Part shown: positions 37,678 through 48,182 of the stretch, piece by piece
Numbering within the stretch: the first letter of the stretch is position 1
How the letters are laid out: every line of letters begins with the position of its first letter
NCBI GenBank assembly: GCA_021163295.1
Contig: JAGGXD010000023.1
Span: 12,370-76,369, forward strand
DNA: 64,000 bases
From: Bacteroidales bacterium
GTDB lineage: Bacteria > Bacteroidota > Bacteroidia > Bacteroidales > VadinHA17
Reading direction: 5' to 3'
Notes under the pieces: model-generated
Database searches by the model: none
Told to the model about the DNA's origin: nothing
Seen by the model: the letters and a program-made list of their open reading frames with translations, nothing else
Made by a program: the position numbers and the translations under genes

Positions 37678-38049
37678 TTAGGATTCAATGAAATTAAAAG
37701 TAGTCTTAATGATAGATGCATAATACTCACCACGTTCAAGAATATCATCATCCCCTTCCTCATAATGCCAGTTAATAATAAGTTTTTTACCATCATCAAT
37801 CAAACGTCCAAGACGTTTAAGAATCTTCAGAATGTATCTGGCCGATCCACTATTAAAATATTCTAATTCAATATTAACATTGGTTGTTTCCGCAGGATTT
37901 TGGCAATAACTCTCAATCCATTCATACAAAGGATCAAAGAATTTTGCCGGATTCTCGTGAATGGAACGTCCGCTAATATCAATTATTCCTTCCGGATTAA
38001 ATTTTATTTCCGGGATAACTTGCGACCCTTCTCGAACTAAAATATTCAT
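37678..38049 (-). CDS. DUF1987 (SiaC-like) protein
   Basis: PEIKFNPEGIIDISGRSIHENPAKFFDPLYEWI...LEYFNSGSARYI matches the DUF1987 pattern. Confidence 0.7.
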   Translation of the reverse strand: MNILVREGSQVIPEIKFNPEGIIDISGRSIHENPAKFFDPLYEWIESYCQNPAETTNVNIELEYFNSGSARYILKILKRLGRLIDDGKKLIINWHYEEGDDDILERGEYYASIIKTTFNFIES

Positions 38050-38170
38050 ATTAAAAATTATCTCTGAATGTAAATATATATAATTGTATTGAGAAACTAA
38101 AATCTACTTCACTTATTTATTTTACCTTTCAATCTTCTCTCAGTAAAGCGATATTTTACATTATAATAAA

Positions 38171-39190
38171 TTAAATATCCATCCTTGCCAGCGGTCCAAT
38201 ATCCAGCGAGGAAAACAAGCCTTTCTTATATTTGAAATATCCTGTAATAGCTATCATAGCAGCATTATCTGTAGCAAAATCAAATTCAGGGAAATAAATA
38301 TCCCAGTCTCTTTTCTGAGCTTCAATTGTTAGTGTGTTTCGTAAAGCAGAATTTGCTGAAACACCACCTGCAACACCGATATTACTAATTCCCGTATTTT
38401 TCGAAGCTTTAATAAGTTTATTCAGTAAAATATCAATAATCGTTTTCTGTAAAGATGCGCACAGGTCAGGCTTCCTTTTTTGCACAAAATCTTTATCTTC
38501 TTTTACCTTATCCCTGACAAAATACAGAAAAGATGTTTTCAAACCACTAAAACTAAAATCCAGATCTTTAATCCTTGGTTTATTGAACTCGAACGAATCC
38601 CGGTCACCCTGCGTCGATAGTTTATCAATCTCCGGACCAGCCGGATAAGGCAATCCAATAACTTTTCCGCATTTATCAAATGCTTCACCTGCAGCATCAT
38701 CAATTGTTCGTCCAATGGTTTCCATATCAAAATAGTCTCTGATAACCATCAACTGTGTATGCCCTCCTGAAACCAGTAAACTCAGGAAAGGAAAGGATGG
38801 AACTCCGGAAGATTTTTCCTTTTTCCTGATAAACTGTGCAAGCACGTGTGCTTGAAGATGGTTCACTTCAATAACAGGTATATTCAGTGACATTGCTAAT
38901 CCTTTTGCAAATGAGGCTCCAACCAACAGGGATCCCAACAAACCAGGTCCCCTTGTAAATGCAACAGCATCAATTTCATAACGACTAATTCCAGCTAACT
39001 TTATCGCCTGTTCCACAACCGGAATAATGTTTTGCTGATGAGCCCGTGAAGCAAGCTCAGGAACCACTCCTCCATAATTTCTGTGTACATCCTGATTAGC
39101 AATCAGATTTGATAATAAATAACCATCCTGAATTACAGCAGCAGATGTGTCATCACATGAAGATTCAATTCCCAGGATAGTAATACTCAT
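38171..39190 (-). CDS. tsaD: tRNA N6-adenosine threonylcarbamoyltransferase
   Basis: ILGIESSCDDTSAAV, HQQNI, VSGGHT and GGVSAN motifs. Confidence 0.95.
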   Translation of the reverse strand: MSITILGIESSCDDTSAAVIQDGYLLSNLIANQDVHRNYGGVVPELASRAHQQNIIPVVEQAIKLAGISRYEIDAVAFTRGPGLLGSLLVGASFAKGLAMSLNIPVIEVNHLQAHVLAQFIRKKEKSSGVPSFPFLSLLVSGGHTQLMVIRDYFDMETIGRTIDDAAGEAFDKCGKVIGLPYPAGPEIDKLSTQGDRDSFEFNKPRIKDLDFSFSGLKTSFLYFVRDKVKEDKDFVQKRKPDLCASLQKTIIDILLNKLIKASKNTGISNIGVAGGVSANSALRNTLTIEAQKRDWDIYFPEFDFATDNAAMIAITGYFKYKKGLFSSLDIGPLARMDI

Positions 39191-39309
39191 TTCGTTCAGG
39201 ATTTATTGAGGATTTATGAACTTTTTTCGTTTTTTTGCTTTAGAATACAAAAATCAAAATTATTAAAAAAATATATAAAATATTAATTATCCTCTTTCTA
39301 GTAATCTTT

Positions 39310-42300
39310 GTGTTCCTTGTTTCTGTTTCGGTATTAATAAAAAGTCCGGCTGGCCAAAACTATCTAACAAGAAAAATCACAGAAAAGGTTACAGAAAATA
39401 TTGATGCTATAATTACTTTTGACAGGGTCAATATAGGATTTTTTAAGAATATTTCTTTTCGAGAACTATACATTGAAGACCAGCAACAAGATACACTTTT
39501 GTTTTCCAAATTATTAAAAGTTAATCTCAAATCGTTTAACCGGCGTAAAAAAGAAATTGACTTTAGGAAAATTGAGATCCACGACGCCAGAATAAACTTT
39601 ACAACCGACTCTACAAATATAATAAACCTCAAATTTATTACCGACCGGCTTAAAAGAAAAGACACAACAAAGGTCAGGTGGAAAATTATAATTCACTCAA
39701 TTGAATGCAGGAAAATTCATTTTTCTTACAAGAAACATGATTTTCAATCAAGCCGCAAACGATTTGATCTAAAAAACATACAACTATCTGATCTTAATTT
39801 TGATATCATAAACCTGCAAACACACAATGATAGTATTGACCTTATAGTTGAGAACTTAAAATGCAGGGATAAAAGTGGTTTAGTAATCAGTGATCTCGAT
39901 TTCCTTATGTATATTTCGCCCTATTATCTCCACTTTCATGAATTACATTTTGTATCCCCTCAATCAAATTTAATGGCAAAAAAAATTGAACTCCTTTTCA
40001 ATGGATATAAAAGCCTGAAAGATTTTACAAATAATGTTCAACTTAAAATCAATATTAATAAATCCAGTCTTACTTCAAAAGATTTGGCTTTTTTCGTTCC
40101 TTCAATTAGCAAGATACCAGGAAAAATCAATTTAACCGGCCATATTTTAGGTTACATTGCAAATCTAAAGGGAAAGCAAATAGAAGCAGGCTGGGGTGAA
40201 AACACACATGTTTATTGCGACTTTGCCTTAAACGGCCTGCCGGATATCAATAAAACTTTCATATTTATTGATATTGATTCTTTGCAAACTACTATACAGG
40301 ATATTAAAAATATAAGTTCACCAGTCAATGGGAAACCTATATTTTTACCTAACCAGCTGGAGAAACTCGGGAAGATAACTTATTCCGGCAACTTTACCGG
40401 TTTTGTTGATGATTTTGTTACATACGGAGAATTCAATTCAGCCTTAGGTTTAATATCTACCGATCTGACAATTGAACCTGATACAGCCAGGCTTATCAGA
40501 TATAGTGGAAAAATGAAAACCAACAATTTTAATCTTGGTAAATTATTTGAAAATACTAACCGGGTAGGTAATATAACAATGGATATTCAAGTTAATGGCT
40601 TTAGTATTGAAAACAGGTATAAAGCGACCCTTGAAGGGAATATTGCTGATCTGTTCCTTAATAAATATCATTATAAAAATATAAATCTTTCCGGCGAGTT
40701 TACACCAAAAGCTTATGACGGTTCAGTACTAATTAAAGATCCTAATATTGAACTAAATTTCCTTGGCAGTCTGGATTTTTCAAGTAAAATACCTGAGTTT
40801 GACTTCACCGCTAATGTACCCAAAGTAAACCTGTACGATTTACACATTGAATCAAAAGATACTAATTCATTTCTTTCCTTCCTTCTTACCGCAAATTTTA
40901 AAGGCAAAAACCTTGATGATTTAGAGGGAAATATCAACCTGATCAATTCCACCTACCGAAAAATGGATGAAGAACTTCATGTATATGATTTTTCACTTTC
41001 TGCTTTAAACCAGAATGATACAAATCAGGTAATACTTAAAACCGACTTTGTAGATGCATCTATTACCGGAAACTATAATTTCACACAACTGGGAAATTCC
41101 TGTAAATATTTGTTTAAAAGGATAATACCTTCATTTACCCTGACTGAAGCCGATACAATTAGAAAATTGGATAACCACTTTGATTATAGCATCCTGTTAA
41201 AAGATACAAGAAACCTTAGCAAATTCTTATTCCCGTCATTTGCTGTTTCTCCTAATTCAACTTTTACAGGAAAATTTTATCCGTTTGATAACTACTTCCT
41301 GATTAAAGGAGAGGCGGAAAAATTCACATATAAAGGAAATGAGCTTTTTAAAATGTTGTTAAATGCAGAATGTTCTGATTCCATCTTTTCTCTCGAACTT
41401 ACAGGTGAAAAGTTTGTTGCGAACAATAAACTTGATCTGGAAAATTTTTCAATAGCAGGTAATGCAGGTAATGATACTGTTCGTTTTAAATTAAGTTGGA
41501 TTGACCAGGCAACTCGAAATTTACTGAGTCAAATAAAAGTCATTGCCGGTTTCAAAAATGAACAGAAACAATTAACACCTTTAATAAACATCTCATTCCT
41601 ACCAACTAATCTGTACATAAATGACAGCATATGGAAAATAAATCCAGGCACAATTACTATCGATACAACCTCGTTAAGGGTAAAAAACTTCTCAATCAAT
41701 AATAAGAAACAGTGGTTAAAAGTTCATGGAGGCATTTCAGAACAATATGAAGACACCCTGTTATTGCAATTCAAAGGCTTAAATCTTTCATCGTTAAATA
41801 CTATTTCCAGAAGTGAAAAGATTCAATTAAATGGTATAATAAACGGTGATGCCAGTTTATCAAATTTATATAGTAATCCATTGTTTCAAACAAATATAAA
41901 TATAGATGATCTTCAAATAAATAATGAACCACTTGGCAATACATTAATAACCAGTGCCTGGGATACAGTAAATGAACAGTTACATCTTGAGGCATCTTCA
42001 AACCGGGGCAATCTCAAAACACTTATTATCAAAGGTGATTATGAACCCAAAAGCAAAGAAATTGAATTCTCTCTTTCCCTGAATAAACTCAGACTAAATA
42101 TCTTCAAACCATTTATAAGTAAAATATCTTCTGAATTAAATGGAATTGCCACCGGTGATATTATTCTAAACGGAACACTATCTAAACCAACAGCGAATGG
42201 AATAATTAAACTGCAAAAGACTTCTTTTCTTTTGGATTTTTTTAATACACGTTACACATTTACTGATCAAATAAAAGTTAAAGATAATATCATCAAATTT

Positions 42301-43686
42301 GAAGATATCAGGATATTCGATCCTGAAGGAAACCAGGCAATTATTAATGGTGATATCAATAATAATTACTACAAAAATTTCGATCTAGATTTAAAAATCC
42401 TTGCGAATAATTTCCTGCTTATGAATACCAGGGAAAAGCATAATAGTCAGTTTTATGGTACTGCATATGGTTCGGGAATAGTTAATATCAGCGGTCCACC
42501 GAAAGACCTTAATATTCAGGTATCTTTAAAAACAGACCAAAATACGCGTTTCTTTCTGCCCCTTTCTTCCGGGGAAGAACTTGGCGAATTTAACTTTGTA
42601 AGCTTTGTAGATAATGCGAATCAAACGGATAAAGAAAAAAAAGAGACTATCAAGGTAAAAGATAATATGCCAAAAATAAACCTGGATCTTGAAATTACAC
42701 CTGATGCTGAAGCACAACTTATTTTCGACTCCAATACAGGTGATAATATAAAGAGTACAGGCTCAGGTAATCTTAATCTGCAAATTAATAACCCGGGAGA
42801 ATTGGATATTTTTGGCACTTATACCATAGACCAGGGTGAATATCTTTTTTCTTTACAAAACATAATTAATAAAAAATTCAAGGTCAGGAATGGTGGAACA
42901 ATAACGTGGAATGGTAACCCAATGGAAGCCAATATGGATATAGAAGCTGTTTATGAAACCAAAGCTTCATTATACCAACTTTTTCTGAACGAGGAATACA
43001 GGCGAAGAATTCTGGTTGAATGCCAACTGTATCTTTCAGGGAAAATTCAAAACCCAACAATTGACTTTGGTATCGAGCTGCCAACTGCTGATCAGGAAAC
43101 TAAAACAAATCTGCAGAATGCCATAAACACGCAGGAAGAAATGAGCAAGCAATTCCTGTCACTAATTGTTATTAATAGTTTTCTGCCAAATACAAACTAC
43201 GTACCACCTACCTCTCAATCAATAACTTCCAATTATGCACCTGCAGTAGGTGTAACAACAAGCGAACTCCTTTCTAATCAGTTAAGTAACTGGCTTTCAC
43301 AAATCAGTAATGATTTTGATATAGGTTTCAGATACAGACCCGGTGATGAAATATCCAATGATGAAGTTGAAGTAGCCTTGTCAACTCAATTGCTTAATGA
43401 CAGGGTAAGCATTAATGGTAATGTAGATGTAGGTGGTAAAGAAACATCGACAAATACAAGCAATATTGTTGGGGATTTTACAGTCGATGTTAAGATCAAC
43501 AAAAGCGGAAAACTCAGAGTTAAAGCTTTCACCAGAGCAAATGATAAATTGCTGTATGAATGGTCGCCATACACACAGGGGGTCGGACTATTTTACAGAG
43601 AGGAATTTGATCAATTCGATCAACTAATGCAAAGATACTGGAACAAAATATTCATAAGAAAACGTGAAGCTGAAAAAGAAAAATAA
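39310..43686 (+). CDS. tamB: translocation and assembly module protein TamB (DUF490 C-terminus)
   Basis: 1458 aa, N-terminal TM anchor, long beta-rich body, typical Bacteroidota size. The reading frame is open upstream to 39244 with no ATG/GTG/TTG, so the true start is uncertain. Confidence 0.8.
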   Translation: MFLVSVSVLIKSPAGQNYLTRKITEKVTENIDAIITFDRVNIGFFKNISFRELYIEDQQQDTLLFSKLLKVNLKSFNRRKKEIDFRKIEIHDARINFTTDSTNIINLKFITDRLKRKDTTKVRWKIIIHSIECRKIHFSYKKHDFQSSRKRFDLKNIQLSDLNFDIINLQTHNDSIDLIVENLKCRDKSGLVISDLDFLMYISPYYLHFHELHFVSPQSNLMAKKIELLFNGYKSLKDFTNNVQLKININKSSLTSKDLAFFVPSISKIPGKINLTGHILGYIANLKGKQIEAGWGENTHVYCDFALNGLPDINKTFIFIDIDSLQTTIQDIKNISSPVNGKPIFLPNQLEKLGKITYSGNFTGFVDDFVTYGEFNSALGLISTDLTIEPDTARLIRYSGKMKTNNFNLGKLFENTNRVGNITMDIQVNGFSIENRYKATLEGNIADLFLNKYHYKNINLSGEFTPKAYDGSVLIKDPNIELNFLGSLDFSSKIPEFDFTANVPKVNLYDLHIESKDTNSFLSFLLTANFKGKNLDDLEGNINLINSTYRKMDEELHVYDFSLSALNQNDTNQVILKTDFVDASITGNYNFTQLGNSCKYLFKRIIPSFTLTEADTIRKLDNHFDYSILLKDTRNLSKFLFPSFAVSPNSTFTGKFYPFDNYFLIKGEAEKFTYKGNELFKMLLNAECSDSIFSLELTGEKFVANNKLDLENFSIAGNAGNDTVRFKLSWIDQATRNLLSQIKVIAGFKNEQKQLTPLINISFLPTNLYINDSIWKINPGTITIDTTSLRVKNFSINNKKQWLKVHGGISEQYEDTLLLQFKGLNLSSLNTISRSEKIQLNGIINGDASLSNLYSNPLFQTNINIDDLQINNEPLGNTLITSAWDTVNEQLHLEASSNRGNLKTLIIKGDYEPKSKEIEFSLSLNKLRLNIFKPFISKISSELNGIATGDIILNGTLSKPTANGIIKLQKTSFLLDFFNTRYTFTDQIKVKDNIIKFEDIRIFDPEGNQAIINGDINNNYYKNFDLDLKILANNFLLMNTREKHNSQFYGTAYGSGIVNISGPPKDLNIQVSLKTDQNTRFFLPLSSGEELGEFNFVSFVDNANQTDKEKKETIKVKDNMPKINLDLEITPDAEAQLIFDSNTGDNIKSTGSGNLNLQINNPGELDIFGTYTIDQGEYLFSLQNIINKKFKVRNGGTITWNGNPMEANMDIEAVYETKASLYQLFLNEEYRRRILVECQLYLSGKIQNPTIDFGIELPTADQETKTNLQNAINTQEEMSKQFLSLIVINSFLPNTNYVPPTSQSITSNYAPAVGVTTSELLSNQLSNWLSQISNDFDIGFRYRPGDEISNDEVEVALSTQLLNDRVSINGNVDVGGKETSTNTSNIVGDFTVDVKINKSGKLRVKAFTRANDKLLYEWSPYTQGVGLFYREEFDQFDQLMQRYWNKIFIRKREAEKEK

Positions 43687-43743
43687 AGCTTAAGCATAGA
43701 TTTTTTTAGTACCTTTGTGGCGTTTTTTTGCTTAATTATATAT

Positions 43744-43751
43744 TATATTTG
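43744..43751 (+). promoter_or_regulatory. candidate -7 box TATATTTG (a second match, TACCTTTG, lies at 43710..43717)
   Basis: Matches TAnnTTTG. Lies 34 nt upstream of the ATG at 43785. Confidence 0.35.
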
Positions 43752-43784
43752 ATTTGATTTTTAACAAATAAACTTTCCTGAATT

Positions 43785-45200
43785 ATGTACATTGCAATGA
43801 TTGTGATATTTGTTCTTGGTTATACCGCAATAGCCCTTGAACATCCAATTAAAATAAATAAATCTGCTTCCGCATTATTAACTGCAGTACTAGTTTGGGT
43901 TATTTATGTTATTGGCGCTGCAGATATTCTTCCGGCACGGGAAACATTTCTGGAATTCATAAATGAAAATGCAGATATTGGTCACATGACCAAGATTAAT
44001 CAATACATGTATTTTATTGGAAAACACGAATTGGTTCATCATCTGGGTGAAATATCTGAAATAATTTTCTTTCTTCTTGGTGCCATGACTATCGTTGAGA
44101 TTATTGATACACACGAAGGATTTAAAATTATTACTGATAGGATCAAAACCACTAATAAAGTAAAACTCCTCTGGATTCTGAGTCTCCTGACCTTTTTCAT
44201 GTCTGCTGCACTTGATAATCTTACTACCACCATTGTGATGGTAGCTCTGCTTAGAAAACTGGTAAGTAATAAACAGGATAGATGGATTTTTGCAAGTATG
44301 ATTGTTCTGGCTGCTAATGCCGGTGGGGCATGGTCACCAATTGGCGATGTTACAACTATTATGTTATGGGTTGGTGGACAAATTACAGCTGTTACTGTAA
44401 TAACCAATGTGATCATTCCAAGCCTGGTAACAGCAACAATACCTCTTATCATAATCTCGTTTCTTCATAAGGGTAATGTTACACGCCCTGAAATAGTTAA
44501 GGAAAAAGGCAGTCATTTGGAAACTACACCATTTGAAAGAAATTTTGTATTCTTTTTCGGGGTCGGATCTCTTCTTTTTGTACCTGTTTTCAAAACCATC
44601 ACGCATCTTCCTCCATATCTTGGTATATTGTTTGGATTAGCAAATCTTTGGATTATCACAGAAATAATACACAGAAAGGCAGTTGTCGAAAAAAAGAATG
44701 AGTTATCTGTAGTAAGAATTCTTAGAAAAGTTGATACCCCAACAATTTTCTTCTTCCTGGGTATTTTATTAGCTGTGGCAGGTCTTCAATCAGCAGGACA
44801 TTTGTCTGTTTTAGCAGAATTCCTTGATGAAAAACTGCATAACGTATATTTAATTGATTTAACAATTGGGGTAATCTCATCTATTGTTGATAATGTTCCA
44901 TTAGTTGCAAGTGCAATGGGAATGTATCCGGTTCATACATATGGCTATATTAATGTCATGGCAGATCCTGCAGCACAGGAATATGCAAGGCATTTTGTCC
45001 AGGATGGCCATTTTTGGGAGTTTCTGGCCTATTGTGCCGGTACAGGGGGAAGTATTCTTATTATTGGGTCAGCTGCCGGTGTTGCTGCAATGGGGATGGA
45101 AAAAATAGACTTTATATGGTACCTGAAAAAAATATCATTATTGGCTTTAATAGGTTACCTGGCAGGTGCCGGTGTTTATTATCTGATGTTCGCACTTTAG
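43785..45200 (+). CDS. NhaD/ArsB-superfamily Na+/H+ antiporter
   Basis: 471-aa polytopic protein with SAALDNLTTT and SIVDNVPLV motifs typical of NhaD. Confidence 0.7.
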   Translation: MYIAMIVIFVLGYTAIALEHPIKINKSASALLTAVLVWVIYVIGAADILPARETFLEFINENADIGHMTKINQYMYFIGKHELVHHLGEISEIIFFLLGAMTIVEIIDTHEGFKIITDRIKTTNKVKLLWILSLLTFFMSAALDNLTTTIVMVALLRKLVSNKQDRWIFASMIVLAANAGGAWSPIGDVTTIMLWVGGQITAVTVITNVIIPSLVTATIPLIIISFLHKGNVTRPEIVKEKGSHLETTPFERNFVFFFGVGSLLFVPVFKTITHLPPYLGILFGLANLWIITEIIHRKAVVEKKNELSVVRILRKVDTPTIFFFLGILLAVAGLQSAGHLSVLAEFLDEKLHNVYLIDLTIGVISSIVDNVPLVASAMGMYPVHTYGYINVMADPAAQEYARHFVQDGHFWEFLAYCAGTGGSILIIGSAAGVAAMGMEKIDFIWYLKKISLLALIGYLAGAGVYYLMFAL

Positions 45201-45205
45201 TAAAT

Positions 45206-45232
45206 AATCAGTCGATAGTCCACAGTCGGCAG
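45206..45232 (+). repeat. dispersed intergenic element copy c (AATCAGTCGATAGTCCACAGTCGGCAG)
   Basis: Lies directly after the stop codon at 45200. Shares its core with copies a and b. Confidence 0.8.
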
Positions 45233-45246
45233 ACTTTAATAAGATT

Positions 45247-45282
45247 GAGATATACTTTTTTGATTTATATCTCGTTTTTTTT
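45247..45282 (+). terminator. candidate intrinsic terminator
   Basis: GAGATATA (45247..45254) pairs with TATATCTC (45266..45273) and is followed by GTTTTTTTT. The stem is AT-rich and therefore weak. Confidence 0.4.
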
Positions 45283-45312
45283 ATAATTTCGCTTTAAATA
45301 AATTCTATAACA

Positions 45313-46017
45313 ATGAACAATTTACTTTTTATTCAATTATTACAGATCACTCTTCAGGACACAATTGCAAACCAAGCTGGTGAAGCTGAACAATTATCCT
45401 TATCATTCTGGAATCTGGCATTTAAAGGAGGTTGGGTTATGATACCAATTATCCTTTTATCATTTATTGCAGTTTATATTTTCTTTGAACGGTATTTTGT
45501 AATTCGGAAATTATCAAAAGAAGATATTAATTTTATGGACAGGATAAAAGATTTTATTCATGATGGAAAGATCGAGTCAGCTCAAGCATTATGCCAGTCA
45601 ATTGATTCTCCAACCTCAAGAATGATTGAAAAGGGAATACAAAGAATTGGGCGACCACTCAACGATATAAATGCTGCTGTTGAAAATGTTGGAAGACTTG
45701 AGATATATAAACTGGAAAAAGGATTGCCGACACTTGCTACTGTAGCAGGAGCTGCCCCGATGATTGGTTTCCTGGGAACTGTAATGGGTATGATTATTGC
45801 TTTTTACGATATGTCCAATGCCGGTAGTAATATAAATGTTGCACTTCTTTCTAATGGAATATATACTGCTATGGTTACAACCGTTGCAGGTTTAATTGTG
45901 GGAATAATTGCATATTTTGCCTATAATATATTAGTTGCTAAAGTTGAGAAAATTGTTAATCAGCTTGAAGCCAGAACTTCTGAGTTCATGGATTTGTTAA
46001 ATGAGCCGGTTAGCTAA
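45313..46017 (+). CDS. exbB: MotA/TolQ/ExbB proton channel protein
   Basis: Three TM helices and the APMIGFLGTVMGMI motif. Confidence 0.85.
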   Translation: MNNLLFIQLLQITLQDTIANQAGEAEQLSLSFWNLAFKGGWVMIPIILLSFIAVYIFFERYFVIRKLSKEDINFMDRIKDFIHDGKIESAQALCQSIDSPTSRMIEKGIQRIGRPLNDINAAVENVGRLEIYKLEKGLPTLATVAGAAPMIGFLGTVMGMIIAFYDMSNAGSNINVALLSNGIYTAMVTTVAGLIVGIIAYFAYNILVAKVEKIVNQLEARTSEFMDLLNEPVS

Positions 46018-46041
46018 TTCCGAATCGTAAAATTTTAAAAA

Positions 46042-46434
46042 ATGGCATTAAGATCCAGAAATAAAGTAAGCGCTGCTTTTAGTATGTCGGGAATGACAGA
46101 TATTGTATTTCTGTTACTCATTTTTTTCATGATCACTTCAACTCTTATACATCCCACTGCACTGAAGCTTCTGCTCCCTAAAAGCAGTCACCAAACCTCC
46201 GCCAAACCGCTCACTACTGTGTCAATTACTCGCGATCTTCAATATTTCGTTGAAGACCAGCCAGTTGATTTTAACAATTTGGAACGGGTTTTGCAGGAAA
46301 GAATTGGGAATAACCTGGAGGTTTATGTTTCAATACACGCTGATAAATCTGTTGATATAGAATATATTGTAAAGATATTAAACATTGCAAAAAACAATAA
46401 TTACAAAGTAATTTTAGCAACAACCCCTGAATAA
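46042..46434 (+). CDS. exbD: ExbD/TolR biopolymer transport protein
   Basis: MTDIVFLLLIFFMIT anchor and typical length. Confidence 0.85.
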   Translation: MALRSRNKVSAAFSMSGMTDIVFLLLIFFMITSTLIHPTALKLLLPKSSHQTSAKPLTTVSITRDLQYFVEDQPVDFNNLERVLQERIGNNLEVYVSIHADKSVDIEYIVKILNIAKNNNYKVILATTPE

Positions 46435-46435
46435 T

Positions 46436-47305
46436 ATGTCAGGTTTTATTATTAAACATAAAAGGGGAATTACCGGTACCCTGATTTTTCATATTGGGTT
46501 AGCTATTCTTTTATTTTTTTCAGGCTTAATTACTCCTCTGCCATTACCCGAAGAAGAAGGGATTCTATTGAACTTTGGTACAATTCCTGAAGGAGAGGGA
46601 TTAATAGAACCTTCTGCTGAATTACAAACTCAGGCCGCTGAACAAGCGGAACCAATACCTTCTGAAACAACAATTCAATCAGGGGAATCTGAAGAAGAAA
46701 TTCTGACACAGGATATTGAAGAAGCCCCTGCTGTTGAATCTGATAAAAAAGCACTTGAGGAAAAACGTAAAAGAGAGAAGGAACTTGAGAGACTCGAAGA
46801 ACTTGAGAGGCAAAGACAAGAGGAATTGGAAAGGCAAAGAATTATTGAAGAACAAAAACGGATTCAGGAAATCAATGACCGTACCCGGAATGCTCTTTCA
46901 AATGGTCGTAACAATGCTGATAATACTGCTACCGGCGAGGGTGAAACAACAGGACAGGGAAACCAGGGAAGCGAAACAGGATCAGTAAATTCAGATAATC
47001 ATTCTTCAGGAATAAGCGGTCTGGGTGATAAAGGAATATCCTACAGTCTTGCAGGCCGCACACCACAATCCTTGCCAAAACCGGAGTATAACTTCCAGGC
47101 TGAAGGCATTGTAGTTGTGGAGGTAACAGTAAACCAAAATGGCAATGTTACTAAAGCAACTGCTGGTGTAAAGGGTTCAACCACACTCGATAGTAATCTT
47201 CTCAAAGCTGCACAAAAAGCAGCGCTTGCAGCAAAATTTGACAGGAAACCCAGTGCTACTGCATTTCAGAAAGGCACAATAACCTACCACTTCCTCCTTC
47301 AGTAA
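46436..47305 (+). CDS. tonB: TonB family energy transducer
   Basis: N-terminal anchor, Glu/Lys/Arg-rich spacer (ELERLEELERQRQEELERQR) and C-terminal GIVVVEVTVNQNGNV domain. Confidence 0.7.
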   Translation: MSGFIIKHKRGITGTLIFHIGLAILLFFSGLITPLPLPEEEGILLNFGTIPEGEGLIEPSAELQTQAAEQAEPIPSETTIQSGESEEEILTQDIEEAPAVESDKKALEEKRKREKELERLEELERQRQEELERQRIIEEQKRIQEINDRTRNALSNGRNNADNTATGEGETTGQGNQGSETGSVNSDNHSSGISGLGDKGISYSLAGRTPQSLPKPEYNFQAEGIVVVEVTVNQNGNVTKATAGVKGSTTLDSNLLKAAQKAALAAKFDRKPSATAFQKGTITYHFLLQ

Positions 47306-47343
47306 TAGTTAAGTAGTTGTGTAAGTTGAGTAGTTTAGTATTA
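47306..47343. repeat. degenerate octamer-phased C-free tract (AGTTAAGT AGTTGTGT AAGTTGAG TAGTTTAG)
   Basis: Read directly between convergent genes. Confidence 0.7.
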
Positions 47344-48114
47344 GAACAACCCTGAAATAAATTCAAAAAGGCCCAGGAATTTTGCCGATGCAATTATTAT
47401 TACGATCAATAAAATATATCTGACAAATTTCACCCCCCAGTTTACAGCAAATTTAGCAGCAAAAAAAGCTCCTGCCATATTTCCTGCCGCCAGAATAAGA
47501 CCAATCTTATAATCAACCTGGTGATGTATCATAAAAATCGTAAGAGCAAATATTGTATATATCAGAATTATAAACATTTTTAAGGCATTAGCTTTTATCA
47601 GGTCAGCACCTACACCAAGAACAAGGCCCGCAAGGAGAAAAAAACCGACACCTGCCTGGATAAAGCCCCCGTAAATACCAATGAAAAAGAAGATCACCAT
47701 TTGTAGCATGGTAGGCTTACCAATTATTTTGCCAACCTGTCCCTTAATCCACTTGTCAGGTTTATAAAGGATAATAAAGAACATGAACAATAATAGTCCG
47801 CCTATAGTCTTTCTCATTAATTCTTCATTAAATCCTACAGCTATTTGCGCACCAATAACAGAACCCAGAACTGCCGGAATGGCAAGCCGGTAACCCTCCT
47901 TAAACTCAAAGACCTTCTGTTTTTTGAAAGAACTTACACCCACAATATTTTGTAGTAATATTGCAATCCGGTTAGTACCATTGGCAACATTGGCAGGCAA
48001 ACCAAGAAACATTAGTAATGGCAGTGTCAGAAGAGAACCACTTCCCGCTAATGTATTTATGAATCCGGCAATAAAACCAACAAAAATTACAGCAAAATAC
48101 ATATACCATTCCAT
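47341..48114 (-). CDS. TauE/SafE family sulfite exporter-like permease
   Basis: 257-aa polytopic protein with GAGSG-type GSGS motif and internal duplication typical of TauE. Confidence 0.8.
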   Translation of the reverse strand: MEWYMYFAVIFVGFIAGFINTLAGSGSLLTLPLLMFLGLPANVANGTNRIAILLQNIVGVSSFKKQKVFEFKEGYRLAIPAVLGSVIGAQIAVGFNEELMRKTIGGLLLFMFFIILYKPDKWIKGQVGKIIGKPTMLQMVIFFFIGIYGGFIQAGVGFFLLAGLVLGVGADLIKANALKMFIILIYTIFALTIFMIHHQVDYKIGLILAAGNMAGAFFAAKFAVNWGVKFVRYILLIVIIIASAKFLGLFEFISGLF

Positions 48115-48182
48115 ATAATATCCTTTATTCTGTAACTATCCACTTACTTACTTTTCTCAACTTCAGGTATGGTATAACTTAG

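Noticed and set aside
37678-38049. The DUF1987/SiaC-like gene as part of a partner-switching module.
   Set aside because: No SiaA/SiaB-like phosphatase or kinase, and no diguanylate cyclase, lies nearby. It appears to be an isolated gene here.
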